A DNA stretch of 61,386 nt from a virus (Duplodnaviria; Caudoviricetes): the IMG/VR virus record IMGVR_UViG_3300017724_000002, positions 1-61,386 of that record; one strand, 5' to 3'. A model generated the notes under the pieces. That model was not told the origin of the DNA and did no database searches. It saw only the letters and a program-made list of their open reading frames with translations. Below are positions 29,223-38,630 of this stretch, piece after piece. The position numbers and the translations under genes were made by a program. Positions within the stretch are counted from its first letter, which is position 1, and each line of letters starts with the position of its first letter.

Positions 29223-30012
29223 AGGATAATCGCAAGGACATTCCGCCGCCGTAAGGTGTCAAGTCGAAGAAAAGTAGTGTAACATCACCCTTTACTGTGC
29301 GCAGAACATTATCCAAACCTCCCGCAATGGTGGCGGTGTTTCCTAAAAAAACATTCTCTTGCAAGAGAGTTTCTGTTTTACCTCTCCCTTCTGCGCCAAC
29401 GGTTAAAATTAAACAATTATTACTCCCAACCTTCATTGTTGAGAAAGTGTAGTTTTCAATCTTCTGTCCGTTCATAGAACCGCTTTCGATAGCAGAACAT
29501 AAGAAATCTGAGTTAAGAGTAATACTCAAAGCGGGTTTGACAACCTCTCCATTCGCTAAAGTATAGCAGTCGGGGTTTAGCATCATAGTATGCTCATACC
29601 TTCTCCGGCTATCTTCGCACCACTCAGCAATTGTTTGTTTAGTGTGCGCAAAAGCCTGTGCTTGACTGCTACTTTGTAGCGTAGTTTGCTTTGAAGCGGA
29701 TTGTATTTTTATTTTGTTGTCTTTGCGAGTTAGAGTAATTAAGCCGGAATGCTTTGATAGTGCGCCGAGTAATAATGAAATATCCGCCACTGGTATTCTT
29801 CCTTCTTCATCTTTGCTATGGATATGTTCGCAAAAAGAAGATATGCTTGAAGTACCGTCACGCACTATGTTAAATGTGCGCACTTTATCGTTCTCGATGT
29901 AAAGAATTGTTCCTTTGACTTGGGGAATCATCTTCCCGTTGATATTAGCCATTCTTTGTGTTCTCTTTAGAAGGGTTACTAAGCCTTCTTTCTGTATCTC
30001 TATTTTCTCCAT
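29173..30012 (-). CDS. DNA sliding clamp (PCNA/beta-clamp fold), divergent
   Basis: ~280 aa with two repeated clamp-like domains (IEIQKEGLVTLLK...ILYIENDKV; ITLNSDFLCSAI); lies between PolB and RFC. Confidence 0.65.
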   Translation of the reverse strand: MEKIEIQKEGLVTLLKRTQRMANINGKMIPQVKGTILYIENDKVRTFNIVRDGTSSISSFCEHIHSKDEEGRIPVADISLLLGALSKHSGLITLTRKDNKIKIQSASKQTTLQSSSQAQAFAHTKQTIAEWCEDSRRRYEHTMMLNPDCYTLANGEVVKPALSITLNSDFLCSAIESGSMNGQKIENYTFSTMKVGSNNCLILTVGAEGRGKTETLLQENVFLGNTATIAGGLDNVLRTVKGDVTLLFFDLTPYGGGMSLRLSFAGGCIFQRESVNAAN

Positions 30013-30034
30013 GATAAGCCATACTCCGTTGTAG

Positions 30035-30043
30035 TTATAAACC
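30035..30043 (-). promoter_or_regulatory. Archaeal TATA box GGTTTATAA
   Basis: ~23 nt upstream of clamp ATG 30012. Confidence 0.7.
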
Positions 30044-30295
30044 TCACGCTTCAACAATTTCAACGACTTGCCCCTTTTGCTTTCTCATCTTATTTAGTAT
30101 TCTTTCGCATTGCGCACAGTTAGGATATTTACCCTTCGCAAAGGAAGGAATATGCTCATGCTTTCCTACTGACGGGAAGCCACGACAAAGAAGATACGAA
30201 TACTTGCCATCGGGGGTGCATTCAACCGCATAATGTAAGCGTTCTGAACGACCTTGCATCTGAACAAGTTTTATCTTCTTCGGCTTCTGCGCCAA
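30044..30295 (-). CDS. Small Cys/His Zn-finger protein
   Basis: H...LLC...CAQC pattern. Confidence 0.55.
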   Translation of the reverse strand: MAQKPKKIKLVQMQGRSERLHYAVECTPDGKYSYLLCRGFPSVGKHEHIPSFAKGKYPNCAQCERILNKMRKQKGQVVEIVEA

Positions 30296-30299
30296 AAAA

Positions 30300-31268
30300 T
30301 CAGCCCCAAGTCAAGAAGGGTAAGCCAGTCCATGTGACTTCTCCATCCTTGACACTTAGGACAGTGTGTGTTGAACCTAAATGTTGTTGGTTGAAGCCCT
30401 TCATTTCTTCGATTGATGCTCTAATCTCCCATGCGCCTTCTTCAAGACTCTTATCGGCCTTAACGCCTGCGGCTAGGTCGCCTTTTTTGGTGTACCTAGT
30501 CATCCACAATTGTTGCGCAAATAGGCGCATAGTGCCTTTTTCCCATTCGGGTTCTTCGCCAATCTTCATCAATCCCTTTTGACCGTTGCCAACATCTGCG
30601 AATTGCTTCTTGTCTTTCAAGTGAAATGTGAAAAATACTGCGTCAACAGGCAATTGATGCGCTCTATTTGCAATATCACGGAACAATTTGTTTCGTATGC
30701 GCCATTCGGCTTGATTGAATTTGTCGCCATCTTCAACATTCACAGGGTTTTTTGAACGGTTCATTAGAACATCAGTCATTGCAAACTCGCACCACTTCAA
30801 GAATGATGACATTCCATCCATAATTACTGCGCCTACTTCGCCATCCCTGCACTTCTGCGCAACAATGTTAATGAAGTGACCCATTTTATCGACTAATGCC
30901 GTGTAGTTGGTTGAATTGTCCTCATTAAAAATCGTATCATCCAGTTCATCATAAAGAGGAATGACGAGAATATTTTCATCATCGGGATAGTTTGCTGAAA
31001 CAGTCTGCATTGCGCTATTATCAACATCGAAGATGATAATTTGCTTATCTGCGCCGATGTGTTGACGAGCGAGTGAAACCGCAGTACCAGTCTTAGCGGT
31101 ATTTTCTTTACCTACAAGAGCCATGCGTACTGTTTGAGTACGAGAACGCTTCTGCGCAAACAATTCTGCGTAGTGCGCTTTCATATCTCTAGTCTGAGCC
31201 TTTGGTTCTTCTGCCTTGTCTGCTTTCTTCTTTGCGTTAGCCCATGCGTTTGCCATCAAATTCACCAT
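30300..31268 (-). CDS. RecA-superfamily ATPase (AAA_24/Sak4-like recombinase)
   Basis: Walker A GKENTAKT, FDVD, Walker B VIMDG, FTFH. Confidence 0.8.
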   Translation of the reverse strand: MVNLMANAWANAKKKADKAEEPKAQTRDMKAHYAELFAQKRSRTQTVRMALVGKENTAKTGTAVSLARQHIGADKQIIIFDVDNSAMQTVSANYPDDENILVIPLYDELDDTIFNEDNSTNYTALVDKMGHFINIVAQKCRDGEVGAVIMDGMSSFLKWCEFAMTDVLMNRSKNPVNVEDGDKFNQAEWRIRNKLFRDIANRAHQLPVDAVFFTFHLKDKKQFADVGNGQKGLMKIGEEPEWEKGTMRLFAQQLWMTRYTKKGDLAAGVKADKSLEEGAWEIRASIEEMKGFNQQHLGSTHTVLSVKDGEVTWTGLPFLTWG

Positions 31269-32503
31269 CCTAAGTCTGCGCCTTCTTCTGCGCCGGTTTC
31301 TTCTTCTGATGATACTTCAACACCTTCAACGGAGTCCATAGTCCACCAACCACTGACACTCATGCGTGGCATTCCGGTGGTCTTGTCAATCCAACCTCCA
31401 CCGACTGCGACAACCAATGAGCCGACTGCGAAATCAACCTTTGATTCTTCTTCCTTTGAAACCCATAGGTCAATAGGTGCGATAGGGGAAGTAATGTCAA
31501 GGTCTGCAAGTGTAATGATATAGCCACCTTGCTCTCTTGGGTCAATGTGCGCTACCTCAAGAGGTAATGCGCAAAGTGCATCCCACTTTTCTTTGTCAGA
31601 AAGTGTTGAAAGCCAACCTTCTATGTCTGCAAGTCCAGTTAAAGGAGTAGCACCGACTAAATCTTTGAGTAGTCCGTCACCGCTTGAGTCAAACGGCGCA
31701 CTGTCATACATACTGATTAGTGAGTCATCTTGACTGAATACCGAAACACCCGACTTTGTGTAACCAATATCACCATTCTTGCCGAGTTTGACCGGCAATG
31801 TACCAGTGATAAATGTTGGATGGATTGTCTTTGCATCTTCGCCGTTAAATCTAACTTTAATCGGTCTGATGGTCTTGTTATCCGCACTGTTACCCAAAAA
31901 TACGCAGTCACGCATTGGTTCACTTTGCGCACGATAGCGACCATATCTGTAATTAGGGCTACCGGAAGGCCATGTTGGGGAAGATTTATCAGCAACCATA
32001 ACAAATGAGCCTGTTCCATCTTCTAAGTCCATTGCCGCTTTAGGCAAGGAGTCAAGATGTTTTTCTGCGCAAGCCACTTCAAAGGGTTGTTTAGCCTCAA
32101 GTGTTGGGTTATGCACATATGTATATCCGCCATTGACCGAATCGTGGTTGAATAATGCGCAGACACCTTGAGAAACCAAAGCCTTGCGAGCATCTTCGTC
32201 AAGTCCTCTTAACTGATTCTTCATGTTTTCATATTGTCGTGCCGCAATGTCCTTTGTGCGTGGAACGCTAACAAACATTCCTTCGATGTTTTCGCAACCA
32301 CTGCGAGCAAGTCTTGCAGTGATAACTCTCATTTCTGCCGCCGCCATTCTTAGGCACTTCATGTCAATATCCTCTTGGGATAATCCATTTGCCTTTAAGT
32401 TTGCACTGTTAGCAGAAAGCACAGTTTCGTGCTTTGCAAGCAGTGTTTCCACAGGGCATCCAACATTCTTTGCTACTCTTTCTATTATCTTTTCGTCAAC
32501 CAT
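31262..32503 (-). CDS. Putative RPA-like ssDNA-binding protein
   Basis: Helical N-terminus, beta-rich OB-like segments, acidic C-tail (EEETGAEEGADLGW); adjacent to the recombinase. Confidence 0.5.
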   Translation of the reverse strand: MVDEKIIERVAKNVGCPVETLLAKHETVLSANSANLKANGLSQEDIDMKCLRMAAAEMRVITARLARSGCENIEGMFVSVPRTKDIAARQYENMKNQLRGLDEDARKALVSQGVCALFNHDSVNGGYTYVHNPTLEAKQPFEVACAEKHLDSLPKAAMDLEDGTGSFVMVADKSSPTWPSGSPNYRYGRYRAQSEPMRDCVFLGNSADNKTIRPIKVRFNGEDAKTIHPTFITGTLPVKLGKNGDIGYTKSGVSVFSQDDSLISMYDSAPFDSSGDGLLKDLVGATPLTGLADIEGWLSTLSDKEKWDALCALPLEVAHIDPREQGGYIITLADLDITSPIAPIDLWVSKEEESKVDFAVGSLVVAVGGGWIDKTTGMPRMSVSGWWTMDSVEGVEVSSEEETGAEEGADLGW

Positions 32504-32544
32504 TTTTTCATTCTCCGGTGTATTTTGTCCTTAGTGTGTTATCC

Positions 32545-32554
32545 ATATAAACCC
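32545..32554 (-). promoter_or_regulatory. Archaeal TATA box GGGTTTATAT
   Basis: Upstream of the SSB-like gene, which has a short leader with GGAGA SD. Confidence 0.7.
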
Positions 32555-32559
32555 AGTGG

Positions 32560-33447
32560 TTATATCCCAAGCATTCGGGTAAAATCCCATCTGACAATGC
32601 TTTCATCAACGCCATTTACCAAATCACGCTCGCTTGTTATTGCCGCCTCAACGACTTTAGCAACCGCATTAGGGTTTGTTGGATTATTCACTGCGTAGTC
32701 AAATACTGTGCGCACTACGCTACGCATATTTGCATTACCGAGCATTTTCACTGCTTGTTCCAAAGCCTTCTCGGTTGAAGCAAGGCGCAGAAATCTTCGT
32801 GCGTCAAAATCTCCGCCGATTGATTCTAAGTAACGCCATGCAGTGTCATTATTCATGCCGCATACTGCTTGCAGTGCGCCTATTGCATTGCGCAAATCGC
32901 CAGTATGAATATTGCAAATGAAGTCAACCTCTTTTTCAACGGCATATCCTTCATGGTCTGCGATGGAGAGCAGGTAGTCTTTCATATCTTGTTTCGTATG
33001 GGGTGCGAAAGTACGCACTTGACACCTTGATTGAAGCCATTGTGAAACTTTGCTCAAATCATTGCAAGTTAAGATGAAGTAAGCATCTGAGGTTTCAATA
33101 ACACCTTTTAATGCGCTTTGCGCCGCAGGGGTTAATTGGTCTGCCTCATCAAGAAGAATGATTGTTTGTTTGTAGCCATTCTGCGCAAGAGGGATTAAGT
33201 CATCTTCAACAAACTCGATACCCCTAGTTCTCTTGGATGAAGCATTGAAAGTGTGCAAAGTGTAACCCAAACTATGCGCAAGAATATTCGCCAGTGTAGT
33301 TTTGCCTGTGCCTGCACCGACTGAATAAAATAGAAAGTGTTGCATAGGTGCATCTCCTTCAATTATTCTGCTTATTTCTTGCACAATGGTTCTTTGACCG
33401 ACAAAATTATCTATTGTCTTTGGTCTGTATTTCTCCCACCAAATCAT
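32560..33447 (-). CDS. rfcS: Replication factor C small subunit (clamp loader)
   Basis: WWEKYRPKTI, GTGKTT, NAS..RGI, LLDEADQLTPAAQSAL, QSRC, GDLRNAI. Confidence 0.95.
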   Translation of the reverse strand: MIWWEKYRPKTIDNFVGQRTIVQEISRIIEGDAPMQHFLFYSVGAGTGKTTLANILAHSLGYTLHTFNASSKRTRGIEFVEDDLIPLAQNGYKQTIILLDEADQLTPAAQSALKGVIETSDAYFILTCNDLSKVSQWLQSRCQVRTFAPHTKQDMKDYLLSIADHEGYAVEKEVDFICNIHTGDLRNAIGALQAVCGMNNDTAWRYLESIGGDFDARRFLRLASTEKALEQAVKMLGNANMRSVVRTVFDYAVNNPTNPNAVAKVVEAAITSERDLVNGVDESIVRWDFTRMLGI

Positions 33448-33611
33448 CTCATCCTCTCCATTTCATCTCTATGGTAGTAGTGCATTTCTATGTCATATAA
33501 CTCATCTGCGCACTCTTTGCATACTTGTTGTGATTCGGTAGCAATAGCATCTTCGCACATCATGCAAAGAACACCCCTTCTTTTCAAGAAGTATTTGATA
33601 ATGCGCATCAT
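33444..33611 (-). CDS. Zn-finger microprotein (55 aa, ...LCMMCED...VCKECADE...)
   Basis: Two CxxC pairs; ATGA overlap with rfcS. Confidence 0.6.
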   Translation of the reverse strand: MMRIIKYFLKRRGVLCMMCEDAIATESQQVCKECADELYDIEMHYYHRDEMERMR

Positions 33612-33884
33612 TTAACAACCCACCATGTCATCATCGTCATACATTCTATCTCTAAACGCTTGATAAGCCGCATCTTCTGCGTCTGACTTAACTTGTTCCC
33701 AGTCAACATATTCGTGTTGCTGACTTGCTATTTCATGCGCAATATCATAAAGAGTATCGTCGTTATGTAAATACTCACGCAACATTTCCTTCATTTCTTC
33801 TTCTGTTAAAGAGTCCATAATCATTTCGACGGCGGAATTATAACCGCATTCTTCTGCAATATCGTTTGCGCCTTGACTGCTCAT
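33612..33884 (-). CDS. Acidic hypothetical protein
   Basis: Very D/E-rich 90-aa ORF, coupled to neighbours. Confidence 0.6.
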   Translation of the reverse strand: MSSQGANDIAEECGYNSAVEMIMDSLTEEEMKEMLREYLHNDDTLYDIAHEIASQQHEYVDWEQVKSDAEDAAYQAFRDRMYDDDDMVGC

Positions 33885-34498
33885 TCGTATTCACCTTCCA
33901 GTATTTCATCAATGAAAGGGCGCAATGCTTTGAACATGCCCTTTGGCGAAAGACCCGCCGTATTGAGGGTTAAAATTTTATGTGGGTTTTTTAACTCGCC
34001 TTCCGATGCAGAATAGTACATAGCAGTTTCAGAATAATGCGCAAGCCTTTCGGGATTTGCGCCTCTTGCAATCAGTGTGCTTTCGGGCGCACGCAACTTT
34101 ATGAGTATGCCGTTCTCGATGCAGAAGTCTGCTTCGTTATGATGGCGCACATCGTCTATTATTACAATTGATGTTTCTTTTTGGCGGTTGACTGAATCAC
34201 GCAATGCGTCAATCCAGTAATCATCATCAACCATTTCTCGCTTTGCTTGACCCAACGCTTGTAGCAGTGGGCGCACCGATTCTTTATGTTCTGCTTCTTT
34301 CAAAGACAAAAAGTATCTTGCTTCTGCTGAACCATGATTCGGCCAAAGAGCATTTGCTACTTCTTGCCGGACTGCTTCTGCGAATGAAAATGTCATTGTT
34401 GTATGCGTATGTGAAAGGTATTCCTCAAGCAAACGAGCAAGGCTTGATTTACCAGTGCGCATACGACCTGCGATTCCTATAATGAAAATCATAACCAA
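33881..34498 (-). CDS. Deoxynucleoside monophosphate kinase
   Basis: GIAGRMRTGKS, SFAEAVR, RPLLQALG, IIDDVRHHNEA, HYSET. Confidence 0.9.
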   Translation of the reverse strand: MVMIFIIGIAGRMRTGKSSLARLLEEYLSHTHTTMTFSFAEAVRQEVANALWPNHGSAEARYFLSLKEAEHKESVRPLLQALGQAKREMVDDDYWIDALRDSVNRQKETSIVIIDDVRHHNEADFCIENGILIKLRAPESTLIARGANPERLAHYSETAMYYSASEGELKNPHKILTLNTAGLSPKGMFKALRPFIDEILEGEYE

Positions 34499-34707
34499 TC
34501 AGCCCCTTTGGATTCGACCTTCAAAACATTGCCCTTGCCTAACAAATATGCAGGTTTCCCATTAGGGAAGCACTTAGGACAAGTCTTTAACGCCATAGCC
34601 TGCGCATCGGTTAAGTTAGGTCTATGCTCAACAGGTTCGCCACAAGCGTATGTTGGGTTTGAAGTGTTATACTTATTATTGCTCTTGTGTAAGTATCTTT
34701 CCGCCAT
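34489..34707 (-). CDS. Small Zn-binding protein
   Basis: YLH...YACG...CPKC; start 34707 lies ~26 nt downstream of a TATA box. Confidence 0.55.
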   Translation of the reverse strand: MAERYLHKSNNKYNTSNPTYACGEPVEHRPNLTDAQAMALKTCPKCFPNGKPAYLLGKGNVLKVESKGADWL

Positions 34708-34732
34708 GTTTGTAAGGAATATAACTGTCCTC

Positions 34733-35218
34733 TTAAACCCCACGCCTCTCACAAACAAGACATATCTCCATTTTCGGCATGTGCCTCATCTGTTTGCAGT
34801 TAGGACACCTTTGCGCAGTTTCTTTTAACTCATTTGTCATACAAGAATACGGCATTGTCAATTCAATATCTTCTTCGCTTTGAATCAAATCCCTGTCAAT
34901 ACCGAACACCATATTACGCACAGATAGTCCGTTGCTTAACTCAACCTTCGCATGACCGATTTTGACTACTTGCGCATTCTTGCTAATCAATGCCGCAAGA
35001 CTAGATTCTGAGGGAATATCACGAAACATGCCTAACCCATGCAATTTTTCTGCTACTTCTGAACGAGTCAAACCATCTTCATTTTCAAACAATATACGAA
35101 CAATTGTTCTGCGCAGGCGGGAGTTGTTCTTTGCCACTGATGCGCATACACAAAGAGAAGGTATTTTAATCATCGCCCATTGCAAGAAACATCGAGGCAG
35201 AAAAAGAAGAGTCCTCAC
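34733..35218 (-). CDS. Winged-helix + Zn-ribbon protein (start probably ~35135)
   Basis: GLTRSEVAEKL...PSESSLAALISKN; CPNC...CLVC. Confidence 0.6.
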   Translation of the reverse strand: MRTLLFLPRCFLQWAMIKIPSLCVCASVAKNNSRLRRTIVRILFENEDGLTRSEVAEKLHGLGMFRDIPSESSLAALISKNAQVVKIGHAKVELSNGLSVRNMVFGIDRDLIQSEEDIELTMPYSCMTNELKETAQRCPNCKQMRHMPKMEICLVCERRGV

Positions 35219-35363
35219 TTGTCAATCTTGGTTTTGGGTTTTCCATTGCGTGTTTATTCTGCGCCATGTAGTAAAACGGTGCAAAAAAGGCATAACAAAA
35301 ATAACCATAGACCGGAGTTAAAAAGAATAGTAACAAAATAAAAACATCTTTCATTATAACCAC
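35166..35363 (-). CDS. Small membrane protein
   Basis: Hydrophobic N-terminal half. Confidence 0.45.
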   Translation of the reverse strand: MVIMKDVFILLLFFLTPVYGYFCYAFFAPFYYMAQNKHAMENPKPRLTSEDSSFSASMFLAMGDD

Positions 35364-36112
35364 CCATCTTCATTCTGTTGCTTTTTCTTTACACCCTTTG
35401 GGAGAGAGTCTTTGTTAGATGTGCGCAGTTTGTTAGCAATGCTTTCATCTTGTCTGACTATTGTTTCCCAGTGTAAATCATCTTTGCGCACTCCAAACGG
35501 AAGCACCCCTTCTTCTTTCTTCTTCTTCTTTGGATATGCCATTCTGCGTATTGGCGTATGCGCAAAAGTAACCATTGCTTGTTGGTATATTTCGGGAACA
35601 TTGGTGAAAGCCTCAGCCAGTGTGCGCCAAAGCGATATGTCTTTGTTGTTCTCTTTAAGGAAGGCAAGCATCAACGGAATAGGTACTTTAGCGCATTCAG
35701 CAAATGCTTTCTTCCTATCACGCCACCTTAGCGTTGCGTCTATGTTACGAGTATAGTCCTGTTTTTTGAAGATACCGTCATAAATCACTGCGTCATTATT
35801 CTTTATATTAGGTGGATTTTCGCAAACAAACACCATTCTATATGCGACATAGGGCAACCACTCAAGGCATTCTTTCGCTTTAGGATTTTTTTTATGAACA
35901 ATCACGGTCAAGTCGGCGCATTGAGGGTTTGAAACAACATGGTTTCCTTCAACAAAATTACCTTCACGGTATTTCTGCGCATCATGCGTGAAAATGAGAA
36001 CGCCCACACCAAACACCTGCTCGTCTGTATTCTTTGACTCCATTCTTTTTGCGCCCTTCAAGTGCGCCTTTGCTCTCAAGAATACGCAGGGCTTTTGCGA
36101 CTGCATACACAT
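35354..36112 (-). CDS. Hypothetical protein, possibly a degenerate RFC large subunit (start probably ~36007)
   Basis: PIPLMLAFLKEN...LWRTL...YP loosely resembles the RFC-L collar; no Walker motifs. Confidence 0.35.
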   Translation of the reverse strand: MCMQSQKPCVFLRAKAHLKGAKRMESKNTDEQVFGVGVLIFTHDAQKYREGNFVEGNHVVSNPQCADLTVIVHKKNPKAKECLEWLPYVAYRMVFVCENPPNIKNNDAVIYDGIFKKQDYTRNIDATLRWRDRKKAFAECAKVPIPLMLAFLKENNKDISLWRTLAEAFTNVPEIYQQAMVTFAHTPIRRMAYPKKKKKEEGVLPFGVRKDDLHWETIVRQDESIANKLRTSNKDSLPKGVKKKQQNEDGWL

Positions 36113-36245
36113 TCATGTGCATGTGCGCTTGAGGCAATGCTATAATCGCTCTCGGCAACAACGCATCTGCGCTAAACCATTCATATGTTTGTTCCCAATC
36201 TTGCACTGCTCTTTCCACTGCAAATTTTCTATATTGCTTACTCAT
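35982..36245 (-). CDS. Winged-helix protein
   Basis: FSADALL...NVYAVAKALRILESKGALE...EYRR. Confidence 0.6.
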   Translation of the reverse strand: MSKQYRKFAVERAVQDWEQTYEWFSADALLPRAIIALPQAHMHMNVYAVAKALRILESKGALEGRKKNGVKEYRRAGVWCGRSHFHA

Positions 36246-36382
36246 AGTATTACCCCCAATTCATCATCAGCATAGCATTCTTGGCATAATCTTACTTCTC
36301 TTGGATTCTGTTTTGTCGGGGTAGTCAAGAAAGTATCTTCAATGTCTAGTTTGACCCCACACTTCTCACACGCAACCATCAT
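36242..36382 (-). CDS. Zn-finger microprotein (46 aa, MMVACEKCG...LCQECYADDELGVIL)
   Basis: Two CxxC pairs; overlaps neighbours by ATGA. Confidence 0.6.
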   Translation of the reverse strand: MMVACEKCGVKLDIEDTFLTTPTKQNPREVRLCQECYADDELGVIL

Positions 36383-37274
36383 TTCTTCCCCTCCTTTGCA
36401 ATAGTGTTGACGACTTTTTCAAACTCGGTTCTTATGCCTGCGTCTGAATGACACCAAAAAGCAATAGGATTATCTCTAAACTGAACCCATTTGTTCATGT
36501 GGTAATCATCAAATGGCTTATTCGGGAAGAACCACGCCATAAAATCATTAGCGTTAGTGCGACTGCTTATGAATCGCATTGCGCCGAAGAAACTATCTGC
36601 TTTCATTCTGTTCGCCCCCAGTCGCCTGCTACAACCAAAAGAAACTCTTCTAAATTTGTTCTTATGCGCAAATACCCAACAATGTTTGGCGCATCTTCAA
36701 CATCAATTATATTTGTTATTTTATAATTTCGACTGACATGATTGACATGGTTTGGAGTCCAGTCATCGTCACAACGGACAACGCTAGTAAAATCTGCTAC
36801 GCATTCAAGCCCCATCAATTTTCTCATGCGACAACCTCCAACACTTCGATTGATACTAGCGAGTATGTACCTGCTTTCAAATAGCCTTGCAACCACGCAA
36901 AGACATATTGATACTCTCCGGTAACTGTTTCATCGTGCGACCAATTGCCGTATTCATCTGCGAACTTCATTTCAAACTTCGTCATCATCTTCTTCTTCCT
37001 CACATAAACCAATAAACGCATCGTTCCTATAAACCCACCGATTAAATCGCTTGAATTGATGCTCACTTAGATTCCACATTTCACGAACCACTGTTGCACT
37101 GACTCGGTATCTGCCGCTAAACCAACGCAAACCATCTGTCGTCAAAATAGCAACCAATCCATCGCTAAACATTCTTTGCGCTATTTCGGGAAATTCTGAT
37201 TCGGGAATTGGTCTTGAAATTAATTGGTTGAAGTGCGCACGCCACTTTACCGGCTCACCTTCATTCATTGTCAA
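36379..37274 (-). CDS. Cluster of four small hypothetical ORFs (36379-36606, 36603-~36827, 36824-~36988, 36972-37274)
   Basis: Tightly coupled - strand ORFs with SD-like signals; no recognisable family. Confidence 0.5.
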
Positions 37275-37437
37275 CCACTCTCATATATCCGCAGTATGTG
37301 CGCTTTCCATCACGATAAATTCTGTGCGAAGCGTATAATACATTCGCAGTGTAACCGCAAGTATTACATCTGCGCATTTGCCTTGACTTCATTGAGTAAC
37401 CCAAACTGCCCCTATCCTTGCCGTATGTAACTCCCAT
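37261..37437 (-). CDS. Zn-ribbon microprotein (58 aa, ...RRCNTCGY...RTYCGYMRV...)
   Basis: CxxCG...CG pattern; fills the gap between ORFs. Confidence 0.55.
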   Translation of the reverse strand: MGVTYGKDRGSLGYSMKSRQMRRCNTCGYTANVLYASHRIYRDGKRTYCGYMRVVDNE

Positions 37438-38156
37438 CAGTCAACGACCTCCCAATCTGCATCTTCAACGACGACATGACTTGGCGATTTCATTGCGCCA
37501 ATGCGCATTTCTATCTGATTCAACAGTTTAGGTTCGTTGCGCAATGTATCGACAAGTATTCCCATAACCCCATTAACTTGCTGATGCGCAAGTAGCATTT
37601 GAGAATCAACACCAATCTCTTTCTTGAGCGTACCAATCAACTTAATGTTCGTGTTCGCCTGCGCAACAAGACGGGTGGCAGTGGATAACCATTCTGCATC
37701 AATACCGTCTTTTGACTTCTGCGCCTCCCACTCATCGAGCCATCTTGTTATGCGTGAAAATACATCCTCGGCCATATCCAATGTGCTAATCGCTTCACTG
37801 CGAGCCTTTTCAACAGTTTGCGCTTCTTCGGGGTCATAGTCCATGTGCGCAGTCATGTGTTCTTCGACAATGCCTGCTTCCCAGTTATTCTTTGCTTCGA
37901 GATAAGCAGTGGTGATTGCACCATTAAAAATCTGTATTTCCCAATCCCGCCTATCCTTATGTGCGCATAAAGGACATTCGGGGGATTCAAGAACCCACTT
38001 CAAAGCCTCTATTGTAATTGGGTCATCTTCATGCCCAAGTCTTTGTTCAACCAACCATTTACTCTTCATCATTCCCACCTTCATATTCATAAAAGAAAAA
38101 GTTTGTCTTGTAATTACTATGGTGTAAATCTTGTGTATTACCCATGAAAGAACCAA
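37437..38156 (-). CDS. Zn-finger/HTH + coiled-coil DNA-binding protein (start ~38070)
   Basis: CPLCAH..R...EEHMTAH, then helical coiled coil; architecture reminiscent of small-terminase-like proteins. Confidence 0.5.
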   Translation of the reverse strand: MVLSWVIHKIYTIVITRQTFSFMNMKVGMMKSKWLVEQRLGHEDDPITIEALKWVLESPECPLCAHKDRRDWEIQIFNGAITTAYLEAKNNWEAGIVEEHMTAHMDYDPEEAQTVEKARSEAISTLDMAEDVFSRITRWLDEWEAQKSKDGIDAEWLSTATRLVAQANTNIKLIGTLKKEIGVDSQMLLAHQQVNGVMGILVDTLRNEPKLLNQIEMRIGAMKSPSHVVVEDADWEVVD

Positions 38157-38382
38157 ACCTCTTATCCTTTTTCAATTTCTGCGCCGCACTGTTTGCGTTT
38201 GGTGGCGAATGCCTATCGTCGGGCAAATTTTCTATCAGCCAGTTAGCGGTTCTCGACTCCCCACTCACACGCAACAATTCTGCCGCCCTGTCAAGCCATT
38301 TACCATAACGCCTTCTGCGCATATTAGGAGGGTTGGGTTTACTGTGCCTCAAACTTTCACTTCCTTTTCTGCCAAGCCCCAA
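38059..38382 (-). CDS. Putative winged-helix protein
   Basis: AAELLRVSGESRTANWL...NSAAQKLKKDKRF. Confidence 0.5.
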   Translation of the reverse strand: MGLGRKGSESLRHSKPNPPNMRRRRYGKWLDRAAELLRVSGESRTANWLIENLPDDRHSPPNANSAAQKLKKDKRFGSFMGNTQDLHHSNYKTNFFFYEYEGGNDEE

Positions 38383-38630
38383 ACTCCGTCACCTAAATGC
38401 TTGAATCTCTTTTCTGTGTCATTAATTAGCGCAAAATACATTGCTTTGTGAATTGGTATTCCGCAACGCAGTTTTGTTCCTTTCTTCGTTGACGCACCGG
38501 CCACTAAATCTTTCTTGTGCATTGCGCCTCTTTCTTTGAGCAAACGCTCGCAAGAGTCAAGAAACGGTTTGTATTTTGCAACATTCCCTGTTCTGCTACT
38601 TCTATAATGTACTATCTTATTCCTTTTCAT
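38349..38630 (-). CDS. Putative winged-helix (HARE-HTH-like) protein
   Basis: LLKERGAMHKKDLV...MYFAL...RFKHLGDGVWGL. Confidence 0.55.
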   Translation of the reverse strand: MKRNKIVHYRSSRTGNVAKYKPFLDSCERLLKERGAMHKKDLVAGASTKKGTKLRCGIPIHKAMYFALINDTEKRFKHLGDGVWGLAEKEVKV

